Positions 25,874 to 35,485 of a stretch of DNA of 64,000 nucleotides are shown one piece after another; within the stretch, counting starts at the first letter, position 1, and the number at the start of each line of letters is the position of its first letter. A program made the position numbers and the translations under genes. Where the stretch lies: IMG/VR virus record IMGVR_UViG_3300024259_000010, positions 1-64,000 of that record; one strand, given 5' to 3'. The notes under the pieces are model-generated. The model ran no database searches. It worked only from the letters and a program-made list of their open reading frames with translations, and had not been told where the DNA came from.

Positions 25874-26728
25874 ATGATTATGAATATTGATGAAGTGTAT
25901 TGCGACATGCTCCGTAAGATTATTGCGGATGGAATTACTAAAGAAAACCGTACAGGTGTAACTACTAAGTCTATTAGTGGATATATGCTTGAGTACGATA
26001 TGGCAAATGGATTCCCGTTGCTTACAACTAAGAAAATGGCGTGGAAGACTCTTCGTGTTGAGCTTGAAGGATTCATTAAAGGTGTTACTAACAAACAATG
26101 GTTTACTGACCGTGGGTGCAATATCTGGAATGAATGGTGTAATCCTCAGAAGGTTGCTTATGGACATGATGAAGAGACTCAAGCTAAGATGAAAGCTGAA
26201 GATGATCTTGGTGTTATCTATGGATCACAATGGCGTAACTTCAATGGTGAAGATTGTGACCAGTTGGCTATTGCTATTGATAAACTTAAGAACAATCCCG
26301 AGTGTCGTCGTAATATTGTTATGGCTTGGAATCCTCTTAAGCTTGATCAGATGGCTTTAGTGCCTTGCCACTTCGGTTTCCAACTATTAGCTAATAACGG
26401 TACACTAGATTTACTATGGAGTCAGCGTAGTTGTGATAGCTTCCTCGGGATTCCTTTTAACATTGCCTCTTATGGTTTGCTACTAGAGCTTATTGCTAAA
26501 GAGTGTGGATTAAAAGCCGGTAAGCTTATTGGATTCCTCGGTGATGTACATATCTATGAAAACCATATGGATGTCATTGAAGAGCAACTTAATCGTAAAC
26601 CCCTCACTGCGCCTACATTGAATCTTAATGGTGATCTGTATAACAGTATCTTTGATTGGGAATGGGATCATGCTACTCTATTGGGATATGATTGTCATCC
26701 TGCACTAAAGGGTGCTGTAGCCGTATAA
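25874..26728 (+). CDS. thyA: Thymidylate synthase
   Basis: NRTGVTT, FPLLTTKK, LVPCH, QRSCDSFLGIPFNIASY, GDVHIYENH. Confidence 0.98.
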   Translation: MIMNIDEVYCDMLRKIIADGITKENRTGVTTKSISGYMLEYDMANGFPLLTTKKMAWKTLRVELEGFIKGVTNKQWFTDRGCNIWNEWCNPQKVAYGHDEETQAKMKAEDDLGVIYGSQWRNFNGEDCDQLAIAIDKLKNNPECRRNIVMAWNPLKLDQMALVPCHFGFQLLANNGTLDLLWSQRSCDSFLGIPFNIASYGLLLELIAKECGLKAGKLIGFLGDVHIYENHMDVIEEQLNRKPLTAPTLNLNGDLYNSIFDWEWDHATLLGYDCHPALKGAVAV

Positions 26729-26874
26729 TGAAAAAGATGGTTAGATTAGACGATGATGATATTAATGCATTGAAGAATGTTATTGAAATAGCACGAACCG
26801 AGTCGTGTGATGGAGAAGCTGATTCAGTTCAAGATATCATTAACCGTTATAATGAAGCACCGGAATGGAAATAA
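26728..26874 (+). CDS. Small hypothetical protein
   Basis: ATG overlaps the thyA stop; 48 aa. Confidence 0.55.
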   Translation: MKKMVRLDDDDINALKNVIEIARTESCDGEADSVQDIINRYNEAPEWK

Positions 26875-26877
26875 GAT

Positions 26878-27360
26878 ATGATTGGATTAGTTGCTAGAAG
26901 CATAAACAATGTGATCGGGAAAGATGGAGAACTCCCTTGGAAGTGTAAAGGTGATCTGAAGTTCTTTAAAAAGATGACTATGGGTAAAGATATTTTAGTT
27001 GGTAGATCAACTTGGGAAAAATTACCAGACTTAGCAGGTAGGCATGTATTTGTATTATCATCTAAACGCATACCAACCTTTACTAGATCTCATACATGCT
27101 TATCGATAAAGGAAGTTCCTGATAGTGTGATTGTATGTGGTGGTGCTAATGTCTACTCTCAGTTATTATCGGAGTGTGATATTATATATGTTACCACTAT
27201 TCGAAATGTTGTAGAAGGCGATACTCATTTCAATGAAGATTGGTTAAAGAATCATAAGGCCGCAGATGTTGTTGAGAATCATGAAGATTACTATATTACA
27301 CGGTATGTGAAACAAGATGAAGATCCACATAGATTCTTTGATTCAACAAATAAATTATAG
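26878..27360 (+). CDS. folA: Dihydrofolate reductase
   Basis: VIGKDGELPW, DLKFFKKMTMGK, VGRSTW, GG, GDTHF. Confidence 0.96.
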   Translation: MIGLVARSINNVIGKDGELPWKCKGDLKFFKKMTMGKDILVGRSTWEKLPDLAGRHVFVLSSKRIPTFTRSHTCLSIKEVPDSVIVCGGANVYSQLLSECDIIYVTTIRNVVEGDTHFNEDWLKNHKAADVVENHEDYYITRYVKQDEDPHRFFDSTNKL

Positions 27361-27425
27361 GTAAACCATAAATCATTTTATCCCACCGGATACTAGAATC
27401 AAGGAAATCTACATTTAAATTAATA

Positions 27426-27468
27426 ATAAGACACTACACCGTAATGGTGTAGTGTCTTATATTTTTTT
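27426..27468. terminator. Bidirectional terminator hairpin at a convergent junction
   Basis: ATAAGACACTACACC-GTAAT-GGTGTAGTGTCTTAT. Confidence 0.85.
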
Positions 27469-28123
27469 ACTTAATCTTAATGCCAATCATATTGCTGTCA
27501 TTATCACCACTGTAGGTATCTACTTCACATGTGATACCATTTATTATTTTGGTATAAACACCTTTAACAACTTGTTCATCTACTTTAGATCGTAAGAATC
27601 TTTTACGCTTAACAGTTTTTTCTTTCCATCCATTTTCTACAAGTTTTTTACCTGCCACAACATCAATGTTATTAATAAATTTGGATGCTTTTTTAGAATC
27701 ATCATCCGATTCATAGTCTCTGTCTTCACCATACATAGCGTCTTTATTCCAGCTATATTGTGCTATGGTAAAATATTCAAAGTCCCAATAATCATCCTCT
27801 TCATTCTTATCAAAAAAAGAGGCTTCAAATCCCCAGTTTTTTAAATCATCAGCATTGTGGTTCTTAATGAAAGACTTTATAGTAGATGCTAATTTACCTG
27901 CTTCCTTTGAAACTTCACTGATAGTTTTCTTATCATCATTTTCCACTATATCTTCAACACAGATGATTATTTTTTTAACTGACATATTTTTAGTCATACT
28001 TAAGAACACACTATCCCGTTGTAGAAAATCTACAATGGTCTCTGGATGGTCGCATTCTTTCATGGTATTTAATGCCTCACGTAACACACCCATGCCTATT
28101 GTCTTATACGTAACTTCATCCAC
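27467..28123 (-). CDS. Hypothetical protein
   Basis: 218-aa ORF, GGAG RBS. Confidence 0.75.
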   Translation of the reverse strand: MDEVTYKTIGMGVLREALNTMKECDHPETIVDFLQRDSVFLSMTKNMSVKKIIICVEDIVENDDKKTISEVSKEAGKLASTIKSFIKNHNADDLKNWGFEASFFDKNEEDDYWDFEYFTIAQYSWNKDAMYGEDRDYESDDDSKKASKFINNIDVVAGKKLVENGWKEKTVKRKRFLRSKVDEQVVKGVYTKIINGITCEVDTYSGDNDSNMIGIKIK

Positions 28124-28181
28124 AACGCTCTCCTTTTTTTAAAATCTATTCATATAATAGTATAAATTAAGGAATATAAAT

Positions 28182-28580
28182 ATGAAAACGATTTTTACAA
28201 ACGGATGTTTTGACATGATACATGCAGGACATGTTCGTTTATTAGTACATGCAAAATCTTTAGGTGATAAACTTGTAGTTGGTATTAATTCAGATGAGTC
28301 AGTAAGACGAATCAAAGGTCCCGGTCGACCATATCAATCACAAGAGGATCGTAAGTTTGTTTTAGAACAATTTGCCTTTGTAGATGAGGTAATTATTTTT
28401 AAAGAAGACACTGAGTATAAAACACTTGAGAGACTTATGCCAGATGTAACCGTTAAAGGTTCTGAGTGGAAAGGTATTCTTGATGTACCAGAAGGTATTG
28501 ATATTGAATATTATGATATAGGATGTGTAATATCCAAATTATCATCATCAGCATATATTAATGATAAGAAGAGGAACTGA
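28182..28580 (+). CDS. Cytidylyl/adenylyltransferase (RfaE domain II / TagD-like)
   Basis: NGCFDMIHAGH, VGINSDESVRRIKGPGRP. Confidence 0.92.
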   Translation: MKTIFTNGCFDMIHAGHVRLLVHAKSLGDKLVVGINSDESVRRIKGPGRPYQSQEDRKFVLEQFAFVDEVIIFKEDTEYKTLERLMPDVTVKGSEWKGILDVPEGIDIEYYDIGCVISKLSSSAYINDKKRN

Positions 28581-28582
28581 TT

Positions 28583-29326
28583 ATGAAATTTGGTAAAGTA
28601 GAAGTACCTGACAGTCTCAATAAAAGTGGTAAAGCTAAATGGGGGGCTACATTCGGCGGAACACCTTCATGTGAAAAAGTACACCATGAAAAAGGTAAAA
28701 TGATCTGCCCTATTAACTTAGATCAAACTGATGTAACAGCCAAGAATTATAAATCAGGATCATGTGGTGGATTTCCATTGATACATGCTGCTGCAACAAT
28801 ATCACCTAGTAACCCACAACCACGTTCTGATCTAACTGAGGAAGATGCTTTTGCGGTATTACGCAGAGCACAAGAGATTGATTGCAGAGAGGGTAGTGAT
28901 TATCTAGGTATTATGAACATTCGATATATTATGCAAGCTGGTATCGATTTAGGATATATCAGTCGTTATATTGAACTTAGAACCTTTGATGAAATGGTTG
29001 ATGCTCTTGAATATGTCGGACCAGTTGTTCTAGGTGTCACCATGTTCCCCGGAATGTCACAACCTGATAGTTTCAACTATATTGGAGTACTTGGCAAAAG
29101 ATGGAAAAAGAATATGAAGAGACATGCATTCTGCGCTATAGGTAACAGAACGTGGTCTAAGAAAAACTTTTGGAGTTTCGACTGGAATTGGAATTGTACC
29201 TTCATTAAGAACTCATGGCCTAGATGGGGCAAGTTCGGGGAGGTTATGATTGGCAATGGATGTCTTAAATGGTTATTTAAAAAAGGGTATGTACAAGCGT
29301 ATTTGCCAATAGTATCGGAAGGTTAG
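28583..29326 (+). CDS. Papain-like (C1A) cysteine peptidase
   Basis: LDQ...GSCGGF, HAFCAIG, IKNSW...WG..G catalytic pattern. Confidence 0.8.
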   Translation: MKFGKVEVPDSLNKSGKAKWGATFGGTPSCEKVHHEKGKMICPINLDQTDVTAKNYKSGSCGGFPLIHAAATISPSNPQPRSDLTEEDAFAVLRRAQEIDCREGSDYLGIMNIRYIMQAGIDLGYISRYIELRTFDEMVDALEYVGPVVLGVTMFPGMSQPDSFNYIGVLGKRWKKNMKRHAFCAIGNRTWSKKNFWSFDWNWNCTFIKNSWPRWGKFGEVMIGNGCLKWLFKKGYVQAYLPIVSEG

Positions 29327-29328
29327 TC

Positions 29329-29532
29329 ATGGGACTATTTGGAAAAAAGAAAAAGATATCACAGGTTGAAAAAGTAACTACTCCAGTGGATACAACACAA
29401 TATATTTGCAATGGATACGATCCTACAATATGTGATGTGAAAAGACCAGGGTGTAAACATAAAGCTCCACATAGTAATTGTGAATATGCTGGATGTACTA
29501 TTGTTGAATCCGCTAAATGTAAAAAAGTATAA
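29329..29532 (+). CDS. Small Cys-rich protein
   Basis: 67-aa ORF. Confidence 0.65.
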   Translation: MGLFGKKKKISQVEKVTTPVDTTQYICNGYDPTICDVKRPGCKHKAPHSNCEYAGCTIVESAKCKKV

Positions 29533-29556
29533 TTTAACCCATTAATTATTTGGAAC

Positions 29557-29564
29557 TATATTAC
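29557..29564 (+). promoter_or_regulatory. Early promoter TATATTAC
   Basis: Exact motif, intergenic. Confidence 0.7.
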
Positions 29565-29741
29565 AAATATAGAGACTTAAATTTAAGAAAGGTTTACCAT
29601 GATGTTTACAGATTGGACAGCTGAAGATCCTCGATATTTTTATTTACGAGGTGTTGTATATGGGTTTGTATTTTGTTTAATGTTAACAAAAGTATTTATA
29701 CCAATCATTATTATGAAATGGAATGAGAGGAAAAAGAAGTC

Positions 29742-30422
29742 ATGTTGATTGTTGTTGAAGGACCGGACATGAGTGGTAAGTCCACTATTGCAAAAAAGTT
29801 ATATGAAAAAATGGTTGGGTTGTATGGTGAAGATAAAGTAATCCTTACACGAGAACCAGGTGGATCAGAAACAGGTGAAGCTATTCGTGGTGTACTTGCT
29901 GCTGGATTAGATATGGGTGACAAATGTGAGTTGCTTTTATTTGAAGCAGCGCGTGCTGAGTTTGTACGTAAAGTATTGAAACCTCATTTGGAAGAAGATA
30001 AGATTGTTATCACCGACAGATTCTTCCATTCAACTATTGCGTATCAAGGATTCGGAAGAGAACTTGGTTGTGAGATGATTAATGAGTTGAACTTATATGC
30101 TCTTGATGATATTGGTAAATATAAAAATGTTACGTTAATCAATATGTTAACATTAGAAGAAGCCGATACACGTTCTGATCGTAACAAAGATGAAGACGTT
30201 GGTGGATTCGATAAAGCAGGTCGTGAAATCAAAGAACGTATCTTTGATGGTTATGGTGTTATGGCGCATGATATCTCTGTTCTACATCAAGGTTATAAAT
30301 CTGATAATGTACATCGTATCAATGCTGCATTACCACCTAATGATCACTTCAATCAAGTGGTTGATATATTACGACCGTATGTTGATGTATGGTCATCTGA
30401 ACGTGGGTTGCCAGGTATCTGA
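29742..30422 (+). CDS. tmk: Thymidylate kinase
   Basis: VEGPDMSGKST, TREPGG, ITDRF, AYQG. Confidence 0.95.
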   Translation: MLIVVEGPDMSGKSTIAKKLYEKMVGLYGEDKVILTREPGGSETGEAIRGVLAAGLDMGDKCELLLFEAARAEFVRKVLKPHLEEDKIVITDRFFHSTIAYQGFGRELGCEMINELNLYALDDIGKYKNVTLINMLTLEEADTRSDRNKDEDVGGFDKAGREIKERIFDGYGVMAHDISVLHQGYKSDNVHRINAALPPNDHFNQVVDILRPYVDVWSSERGLPGI

Positions 30423-30425
30423 TAA

Positions 30426-30620
30426 ATGAAGACCGTAATAGTCGACAATAGAACTAATAAGATTATATTAGCGTATAATAGTATGGAACCCACTCCCACA
30501 AAAGGACAGACTATGTCCCTTAATATAGGGAATAATGATATTACTATTAGGGTTATTAAAATAGGTTACTCAAATCATTTTAATAATCCAACCGCTAATA
30601 TACTAGCAGAAAGATTATAA
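30426..30620 (+). CDS. Hypothetical protein
   Basis: 64-aa coupled ORF. Confidence 0.6.
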   Translation: MKTVIVDNRTNKIILAYNSMEPTPTKGQTMSLNIGNNDITIRVIKIGYSNHFNNPTANILAERL

Positions 30621-30805
30621 TGTATAAATATAAGTTAACAACAACTGGGTGGTGGTTTGACTCTAAGGCTGGTGTAACTTATAATGAATGTTACATAATG
30701 GCTGATGAGTATATTGCAACAGGTGAGGCATACTTATTTGTAAAAAATAAAAAGGTTATATTCGAGATAACCAAATGCATGGTAGATATTGAAGAAATAA
30801 ATTAA
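30620..30805 (+). CDS. Hypothetical protein
   Basis: 61-aa coupled ORF. Confidence 0.6.
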   Translation: MYKYKLTTTGWWFDSKAGVTYNECYIMADEYIATGEAYLFVKNKKVIFEITKCMVDIEEIN

Positions 30806-30815
30806 AAGGAAAAGT

Positions 30816-31178
30816 ATGAAGAAAAGAGAAATAGGATTGTTCTGTATTATTATGTGCGCTTTGTCATTAATGTTATTAGGGGGGACTACTAATAATTGTA
30901 CAGATGAGTATAAGCCATATTATTTAACTACTAATAATGAAAACATCTCACCTGAAATTAATTGCAATGCAGATATATTAGTTATTGATACTAACGTATG
31001 TTATAATATTTTAATAGAAGTAGAATCACCACAGTATTTGATTATTGGTGATGGTATTATTAAGATCCATTGTGATACTGGTGAAGTTGAGATCGCTGCT
31101 GGTTATGATTTATCAGAAGCTTCTCTAGAGTTCTGGACTGCTATATCAAAAGCGTATCCAGAAATGTTTGGAAAGTGA
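30816..31178 (+). CDS. Exported/membrane hypothetical protein
   Basis: N-terminal signal-like segment. Confidence 0.7.
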   Translation: MKKREIGLFCIIMCALSLMLLGGTTNNCTDEYKPYYLTTNNENISPEINCNADILVIDTNVCYNILIEVESPQYLIIGDGIIKIHCDTGEVEIAAGYDLSEASLEFWTAISKAYPEMFGK

Positions 31179-31405
31179 AGAAGAAAGAACATAGACATTA
31201 TCAACCGGGTAGTGATCCTAGAAGTTGGAAATACTTTGAACCAAAGAAGTCTGGTAAGTTAAAAGCATATTGTAAAGAGTGTGGTAACATGATAATGCAA
31301 GGTGAAGACGTCTGTACTAAATGTAAATGTACAGAGTTTGTACAAAGCTCTCCTAAACAAGCAACAGTTGGACCACAGAAAGTCATATATTTAAGAGGAC
31401 CGTAA
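31175..31405 (+). CDS. Zn-ribbon protein
   Basis: CKEC and CTKC. Confidence 0.65.
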   Translation: MKKKEHRHYQPGSDPRSWKYFEPKKSGKLKAYCKECGNMIMQGEDVCTKCKCTEFVQSSPKQATVGPQKVIYLRGP

Positions 31406-31421
31406 TTAAAAAAGGAATAAA

Positions 31422-32033
31422 ATGGATATTACAAATATAACCCCACTATTTGCAATTGGGTTAATAGGTTTAGTAGTAGGTTTAAATACTGTTGCTAAGT
31501 TTATCAAACAACATCGTATTGATGTATCAGGTTCTGAGCGAATGAATCTGATAGACAATCTAACTAGAGCATCACATTGGTATAGTGAATCGCCAGAGGC
31601 ATTCTTAGCTATTCAAGCTATGGTTGATCAAATGATCGGTGGTGGTGTACATAATAATCAAGATGATGGTAGAGTTAAATGGCGCAAAGATGTTATTCAA
31701 GAGAAACAACGTCGTATTGATGAGTTTCCTCGGCAGTGTCCTGAACATCGTTACACTATCTTTAATGGTAACATGATGGAAGTGGATAAACAGTATCAAC
31801 ATTATGATGAAGAACATGCCATTAGATCGTTCTTATTGGAATGTAGGAATGAGATACCTGGACTTTCACAAGCTATGACTGTTGTTACTCCAACTAATGA
31901 AACTTTAGAAAATGAAGGTATCATAACTATTGAAGGAGTTTGTGATAAAGGATTTGAACAAGGTTGGAACTATGTTCAGAAACAAGGTTACGTATGTCTC
32001 CGTATGGAATTCAAAGAACTGGATGCGGCATGA
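31422..32033 (+). CDS. Membrane-anchored hypothetical protein
   Basis: 203 aa, AAGGA RBS. Confidence 0.75.
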   Translation: MDITNITPLFAIGLIGLVVGLNTVAKFIKQHRIDVSGSERMNLIDNLTRASHWYSESPEAFLAIQAMVDQMIGGGVHNNQDDGRVKWRKDVIQEKQRRIDEFPRQCPEHRYTIFNGNMMEVDKQYQHYDEEHAIRSFLLECRNEIPGLSQAMTVVTPTNETLENEGIITIEGVCDKGFEQGWNYVQKQGYVCLRMEFKELDAA

Positions 32034-32389
32034 TAAGAAGTAGATTGCATATAACATTGATGTCATTATTAATGTTTATTAAATGTCGTTACATCAGTCA
32101 GTTATTATGTAGAAATCATGACTGGCATGACCTACCTTGTAAGTGGCCTGAAAATGCTTCGAGAGCATGTATCAAATGTGGATTACAACAAGAACAAATA
32201 TTTACATTGTTTGAACATATCTGGGTTAAGAGACAGAAACGAGTGATTCCTAATATAGAAATTACAACTGTCGACGACTCAGTTTATGTTCCTTGTAATG
32301 ATACTACGTTTGGGATAAAGACAGAGACAGGACCACCTACACCCATTACCAATCCTAAGGTCGTGGAGAAAATATTTACTGAGAGATAA
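32030..32389 (+). CDS. Hypothetical protein
   Basis: ATGA overlap; CRNHDW...CIKC motif. Confidence 0.65.
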   Translation: MIRSRLHITLMSLLMFIKCRYISQLLCRNHDWHDLPCKWPENASRACIKCGLQQEQIFTLFEHIWVKRQKRVIPNIEITTVDDSVYVPCNDTTFGIKTETGPPTPITNPKVVEKIFTER

Positions 32390-32390
32390 T

Positions 32391-32555
32391 ATGAAGATAT
32401 GGAATTGTGGTCATTATACTGAAGAGGGTGCAGGGGATCGATGTATTGATTGTATTCGGGATAATATAGAGCTGAAGCCAAGTGGTATGGATAATACACA
32501 TTTGGTGAGGAGTGCTGACAAAAAGCTTAGAAACAAAAGGAAAAAAAGACGATGA
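32391..32555 (+). CDS. Small hypothetical protein (54 aa)
   Basis: Fills the gap between coupled ORFs. Confidence 0.5.
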   Translation: MKIWNCGHYTEEGAGDRCIDCIRDNIELKPSGMDNTHLVRSADKKLRNKRKKRR

Positions 32556-32830
32556 CACAACAAATTATATTTGAAGCTATTATGACAGGTGTTCTATTAG
32601 CTGCAATAGTATCATCATGTATTATAACACTTGGTTTGATCTGGGGGTTAATAGCTGGCCTTGCATGGATAGCTGGTTGGTTATATTCATTTGTACGATA
32701 TCACCACACAGCTATATGTGTTAAGATACGTAACTTTAAACTAGATATGAAACATCCTAGAATAAATACATGTAGTGATGTTTCCCTTAAAGATCATACA
32801 CATGTAGCAGGGAGTGAACATGGCCGATAA
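32552..32830 (+). CDS. Membrane protein
   Basis: Long hydrophobic N-terminal half. Confidence 0.7.
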   Translation: MTQQIIFEAIMTGVLLAAIVSSCIITLGLIWGLIAGLAWIAGWLYSFVRYHHTAICVKIRNFKLDMKHPRINTCSDVSLKDHTHVAGSEHGR

Positions 32831-33404
32831 AGAATTAGAAAAAAGAGTTGAAAGATTAGAGAAAACACTTGGTACTTTAATTGGATGGTTACAAGTTGAA
32901 CTAGGTGAGCATAATTGTAAAGCATTGCTTGATGTATTATATCCACCGGAAGTTGTTGTACATTCACATAAACTAAAAGTTGGACCTGAATCAAAAGCTG
33001 TACTTGGACCAGATGATAAGTTGCCAAAGGAATGGAGTGATAAACAAATTATGTCTCCATCTACAGATGATATACTCAATGAAGATCCTATACCTCAATG
33101 GGCAAGTGATCTTATTAAGATAGGGTGGAATATTGCTAGGAATTGTAATAGTCAGGAAGAAGCTGTAAATCGGTTACATACAACTATTATTGAAATAGAA
33201 ACTGTTAATGGACGGAAAGCCCCTGAAGGTAAATGTCCTGATTGGGCAATCGGTGAGATGGCTAATACATATAAGGTATTATCACGTACTGGTGGTATAT
33301 CTCAATTAGAATCATTCTCTATCTTTGGGCGTATGGTTGATCGATTGGGCTATGGTCGTACTGATAATAATCCTTCACTAACACCTATTCCTGTGGATGA
33401 TTAA
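32820..33404 (+). CDS. Hypothetical protein
   Basis: GGAG RBS before ATG 32820. Confidence 0.75.
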   Translation: MADKELEKRVERLEKTLGTLIGWLQVELGEHNCKALLDVLYPPEVVVHSHKLKVGPESKAVLGPDDKLPKEWSDKQIMSPSTDDILNEDPIPQWASDLIKIGWNIARNCNSQEEAVNRLHTTIIEIETVNGRKAPEGKCPDWAIGEMANTYKVLSRTGGISQLESFSIFGRMVDRLGYGRTDNNPSLTPIPVDD

Positions 33405-33421
33405 ATAAACGAGGTGTTAAA

Positions 33422-33691
33422 ATGGGTGAAGCCAAACGTCGGGGATCGTATGAACAACGTAAAGCAGTTGCTATTGAGAACGTTCAGATAAAACGTGAAC
33501 GTGAAGCTCAAGCTGAGATTGAACGTCGTATCAATATGACTCCGGAAGAAAAGAGAAGAGAAGTTTATGTACAAAAGAAGCTTGCTGCTGTAATGGGTAT
33601 GTTAGGAGCATTTGGAGGATTTGGCCAAACTAATCATTTGTACCATAAGAGTAATCCACCACCTAATATACCAAGGTCTCGTGATTATTAA
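33422..33691 (+). CDS. MGEAKRR-start small protein
   Basis: GAGG RBS; this N-terminus is common among phage proteins. Confidence 0.75.
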   Translation: MGEAKRRGSYEQRKAVAIENVQIKREREAQAEIERRINMTPEEKRREVYVQKKLAAVMGMLGAFGGFGQTNHLYHKSNPPPNIPRSRDY

Positions 33692-33718
33692 CATATGTGA
33701 TTCTTTATATTTCAGATA

Positions 33719-33726
33719 TATATTAC
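33719..33726 (+). promoter_or_regulatory. Early promoter TATATTAC
   Basis: Exact motif, intergenic. Confidence 0.8.
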
Positions 33727-33763
33727 ATTATTAGATAATCTAATTTAACCAAAGGAGTAAAGT

Positions 33764-34057
33764 ATGAAAAAAGTTATTGATCAGAAAATATTGGAAGAGA
33801 CAAGTACCAGTGGATTACAGATGTCTATTGATACTGCATTGAAAGATGGGTTTGAAATGGTTGGTACAATGCAAGTTGTACAATCATATAAGTCGCCTCA
33901 TAACTTCCAGGATGTACCACCTCGATATACGCAACAGATGGTAAAATTTGATGCGGGCCCGTCCCTCGTAGAACTTAACAACATTCTGAAACAACGTGGT
34001 CAACCTATTGTAACAGAGAAAGACATTAAGAACCAAAGAGGTCAATCACATGTTTGA
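33764..34057 (+). CDS. DUF1737-like protein
   Basis: LQMSIDTALKDGFEMVG...YTQQMVK pattern. Confidence 0.6.
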   Translation: MKKVIDQKILEETSTSGLQMSIDTALKDGFEMVGTMQVVQSYKSPHNFQDVPPRYTQQMVKFDAGPSLVELNNILKQRGQPIVTEKDIKNQRGQSHV

Positions 34058-34502
34058 GGTAACAGTGTTCATGGAGAAGATCGGGCTTTACAAGAAGCTC
34101 GATGATGCTATATATGTTCTTGTCAAAACTGTCAAAGATGCTATCAGAGATGGCAATGGGAACAAGATGGCATTAGAACAAGCCACATGGGTTCATGACC
34201 TCGATTCACCACTACCTATCGGATTTTATAAGTGTGTTGATAAAGCACATGAGATCGGTGGTATTTTAAATGAGCAAGGTGATCTGATTGTAAGACCAGA
34301 TCCTAAATCACATATGCCAAACAAAAATGAAGCAGTTTGTTATGTGTGTAAACGTATCCATGATATAAGCACTTATGGTAGAGTGTTTGTCACGATAGAT
34401 AATAAAACTGTATGTAGAGATCACGCTGGTGTTGAGAAAGCATTGGCAAAAGAAATTCACAAAGAGTACCAGAACAACTGGGAAGAGATAAGGAATAAAT
34501 AG
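34050..34502 (+). CDS. Hypothetical protein
   Basis: 150 aa; CYVC...CRDH. Confidence 0.75.
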   Translation: MFEVTVFMEKIGLYKKLDDAIYVLVKTVKDAIRDGNGNKMALEQATWVHDLDSPLPIGFYKCVDKAHEIGGILNEQGDLIVRPDPKSHMPNKNEAVCYVCKRIHDISTYGRVFVTIDNKTVCRDHAGVEKALAKEIHKEYQNNWEEIRNK

Positions 34503-34503
34503 T

Positions 34504-34803
34504 ATGAAATGCGGTGGTATATATGATACATGTGGGGATAGATGTCCTGAGTGCGTAAGATTCGAAGATGACTGTGATGGCCATCCTGGGTTTTATATGA
34601 ATGATAATAGTGTCTGGACTAGAGACGAGAGTGTAGATGTTATTAATGAAGAAACAAGACAAGCCGTTGAATTGAAAAACGGTGACATTTGGGTACCTCC
34701 ACTAACTGTATCACAAGCACATGCAGAACATATTGTTGAATCAAATCCTTCTATTACTAATATGAAAGAACTTGATAAACTTGCTACAGCTACAAGTGAA
34801 TAA
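34504..34803 (+). CDS. Hypothetical Cys-rich protein
   Basis: 99-aa ORF. Confidence 0.7.
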   Translation: MKCGGIYDTCGDRCPECVRFEDDCDGHPGFYMNDNSVWTRDESVDVINEETRQAVELKNGDIWVPPLTVSQAHAEHIVESNPSITNMKELDKLATATSE

Positions 34804-34811
34804 ATAATAAG

Positions 34812-34844
34812 AAAAGAAAGGGTGTAAAAACCCTTTCTTTTTTT
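34812..34844 (+). terminator. Terminator (near-duplicate at 35297-35330)
   Basis: AAAAGAAAGGGT-GTAAAA-ACCCTTTCTTTT. Confidence 0.85.
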
Positions 34845-34866
34845 GTAGTTCATTCCTTTATAAGTA

Positions 34867-34874
34867 TATATTAC
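34867..34874 (+). promoter_or_regulatory. Early promoter TATATTAC
   Basis: Exact motif, intergenic. Confidence 0.8.
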
Positions 34875-34915
34875 TTTTATAGTTAAACTGATTTAAATAA
34901 ATAAAGGAGAATATA

Positions 34916-35278
34916 ATGAGTACAGATAAGAAGATGGTGAAAGCAGTATTTATCCCAACGTGTCCCGCATTAGATCGTAGTTATTTTGACGACCTTCCTG
35001 ATGACATGAAAGAAATGTATACATCCACCTCAGCTAAGCGTATCAGTCGTCTTGCTGGTATTGGTGGTATTGATATGGTCAATGGTGTTATCAAAGAAGG
35101 TGACAAAGGGATTGTGGTTGACTGGGTCATGGAAGTAGATGGTAAGCATGTAAACATTACAGATATTAATATTAATGTGTATGGTAAAGCAGAGTACATG
35201 ACATTACCAGCTTATCTTAAGTTGGATTATTTTAATTCTATCAAAGAAGATGGTGTTAAGATGAATGTATGGATCTAA
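34916..35278 (+). CDS. Hypothetical protein
   Basis: 120 aa, AAGGAG RBS. Confidence 0.8.
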   Translation: MSTDKKMVKAVFIPTCPALDRSYFDDLPDDMKEMYTSTSAKRISRLAGIGGIDMVNGVIKEGDKGIVVDWVMEVDGKHVNITDININVYGKAEYMTLPAYLKLDYFNSIKEDGVKMNVWI

Positions 35279-35296
35279 ATATTGATCTATCACAAG

Positions 35297-35330
35297 AAAA
35301 AGAAGGGGTGTAAAAACCCTTTCTTTTTTT
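35297..35330 (+). terminator. Terminator
   Basis: Same family as 34812. Confidence 0.8.
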
Positions 35331-35355
35331 ATCGTTTCTCATTATATCTCAGGCA

Positions 35356-35363
35356 TATATTAC
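35356..35363 (+). promoter_or_regulatory. Early promoter TATATTAC
   Basis: Exact motif, intergenic. Confidence 0.8.
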
Positions 35364-35485
35364 ATATATAGTAATCTACTAGTAATGAACAAATTGTGTA
35401 TGTTAAGAGTTAATATGTATTAATAATAAGATTAACATAACCTTAACAAAAATCCTAGGAGTTAATCCCTAGGTAGGAGAACACA

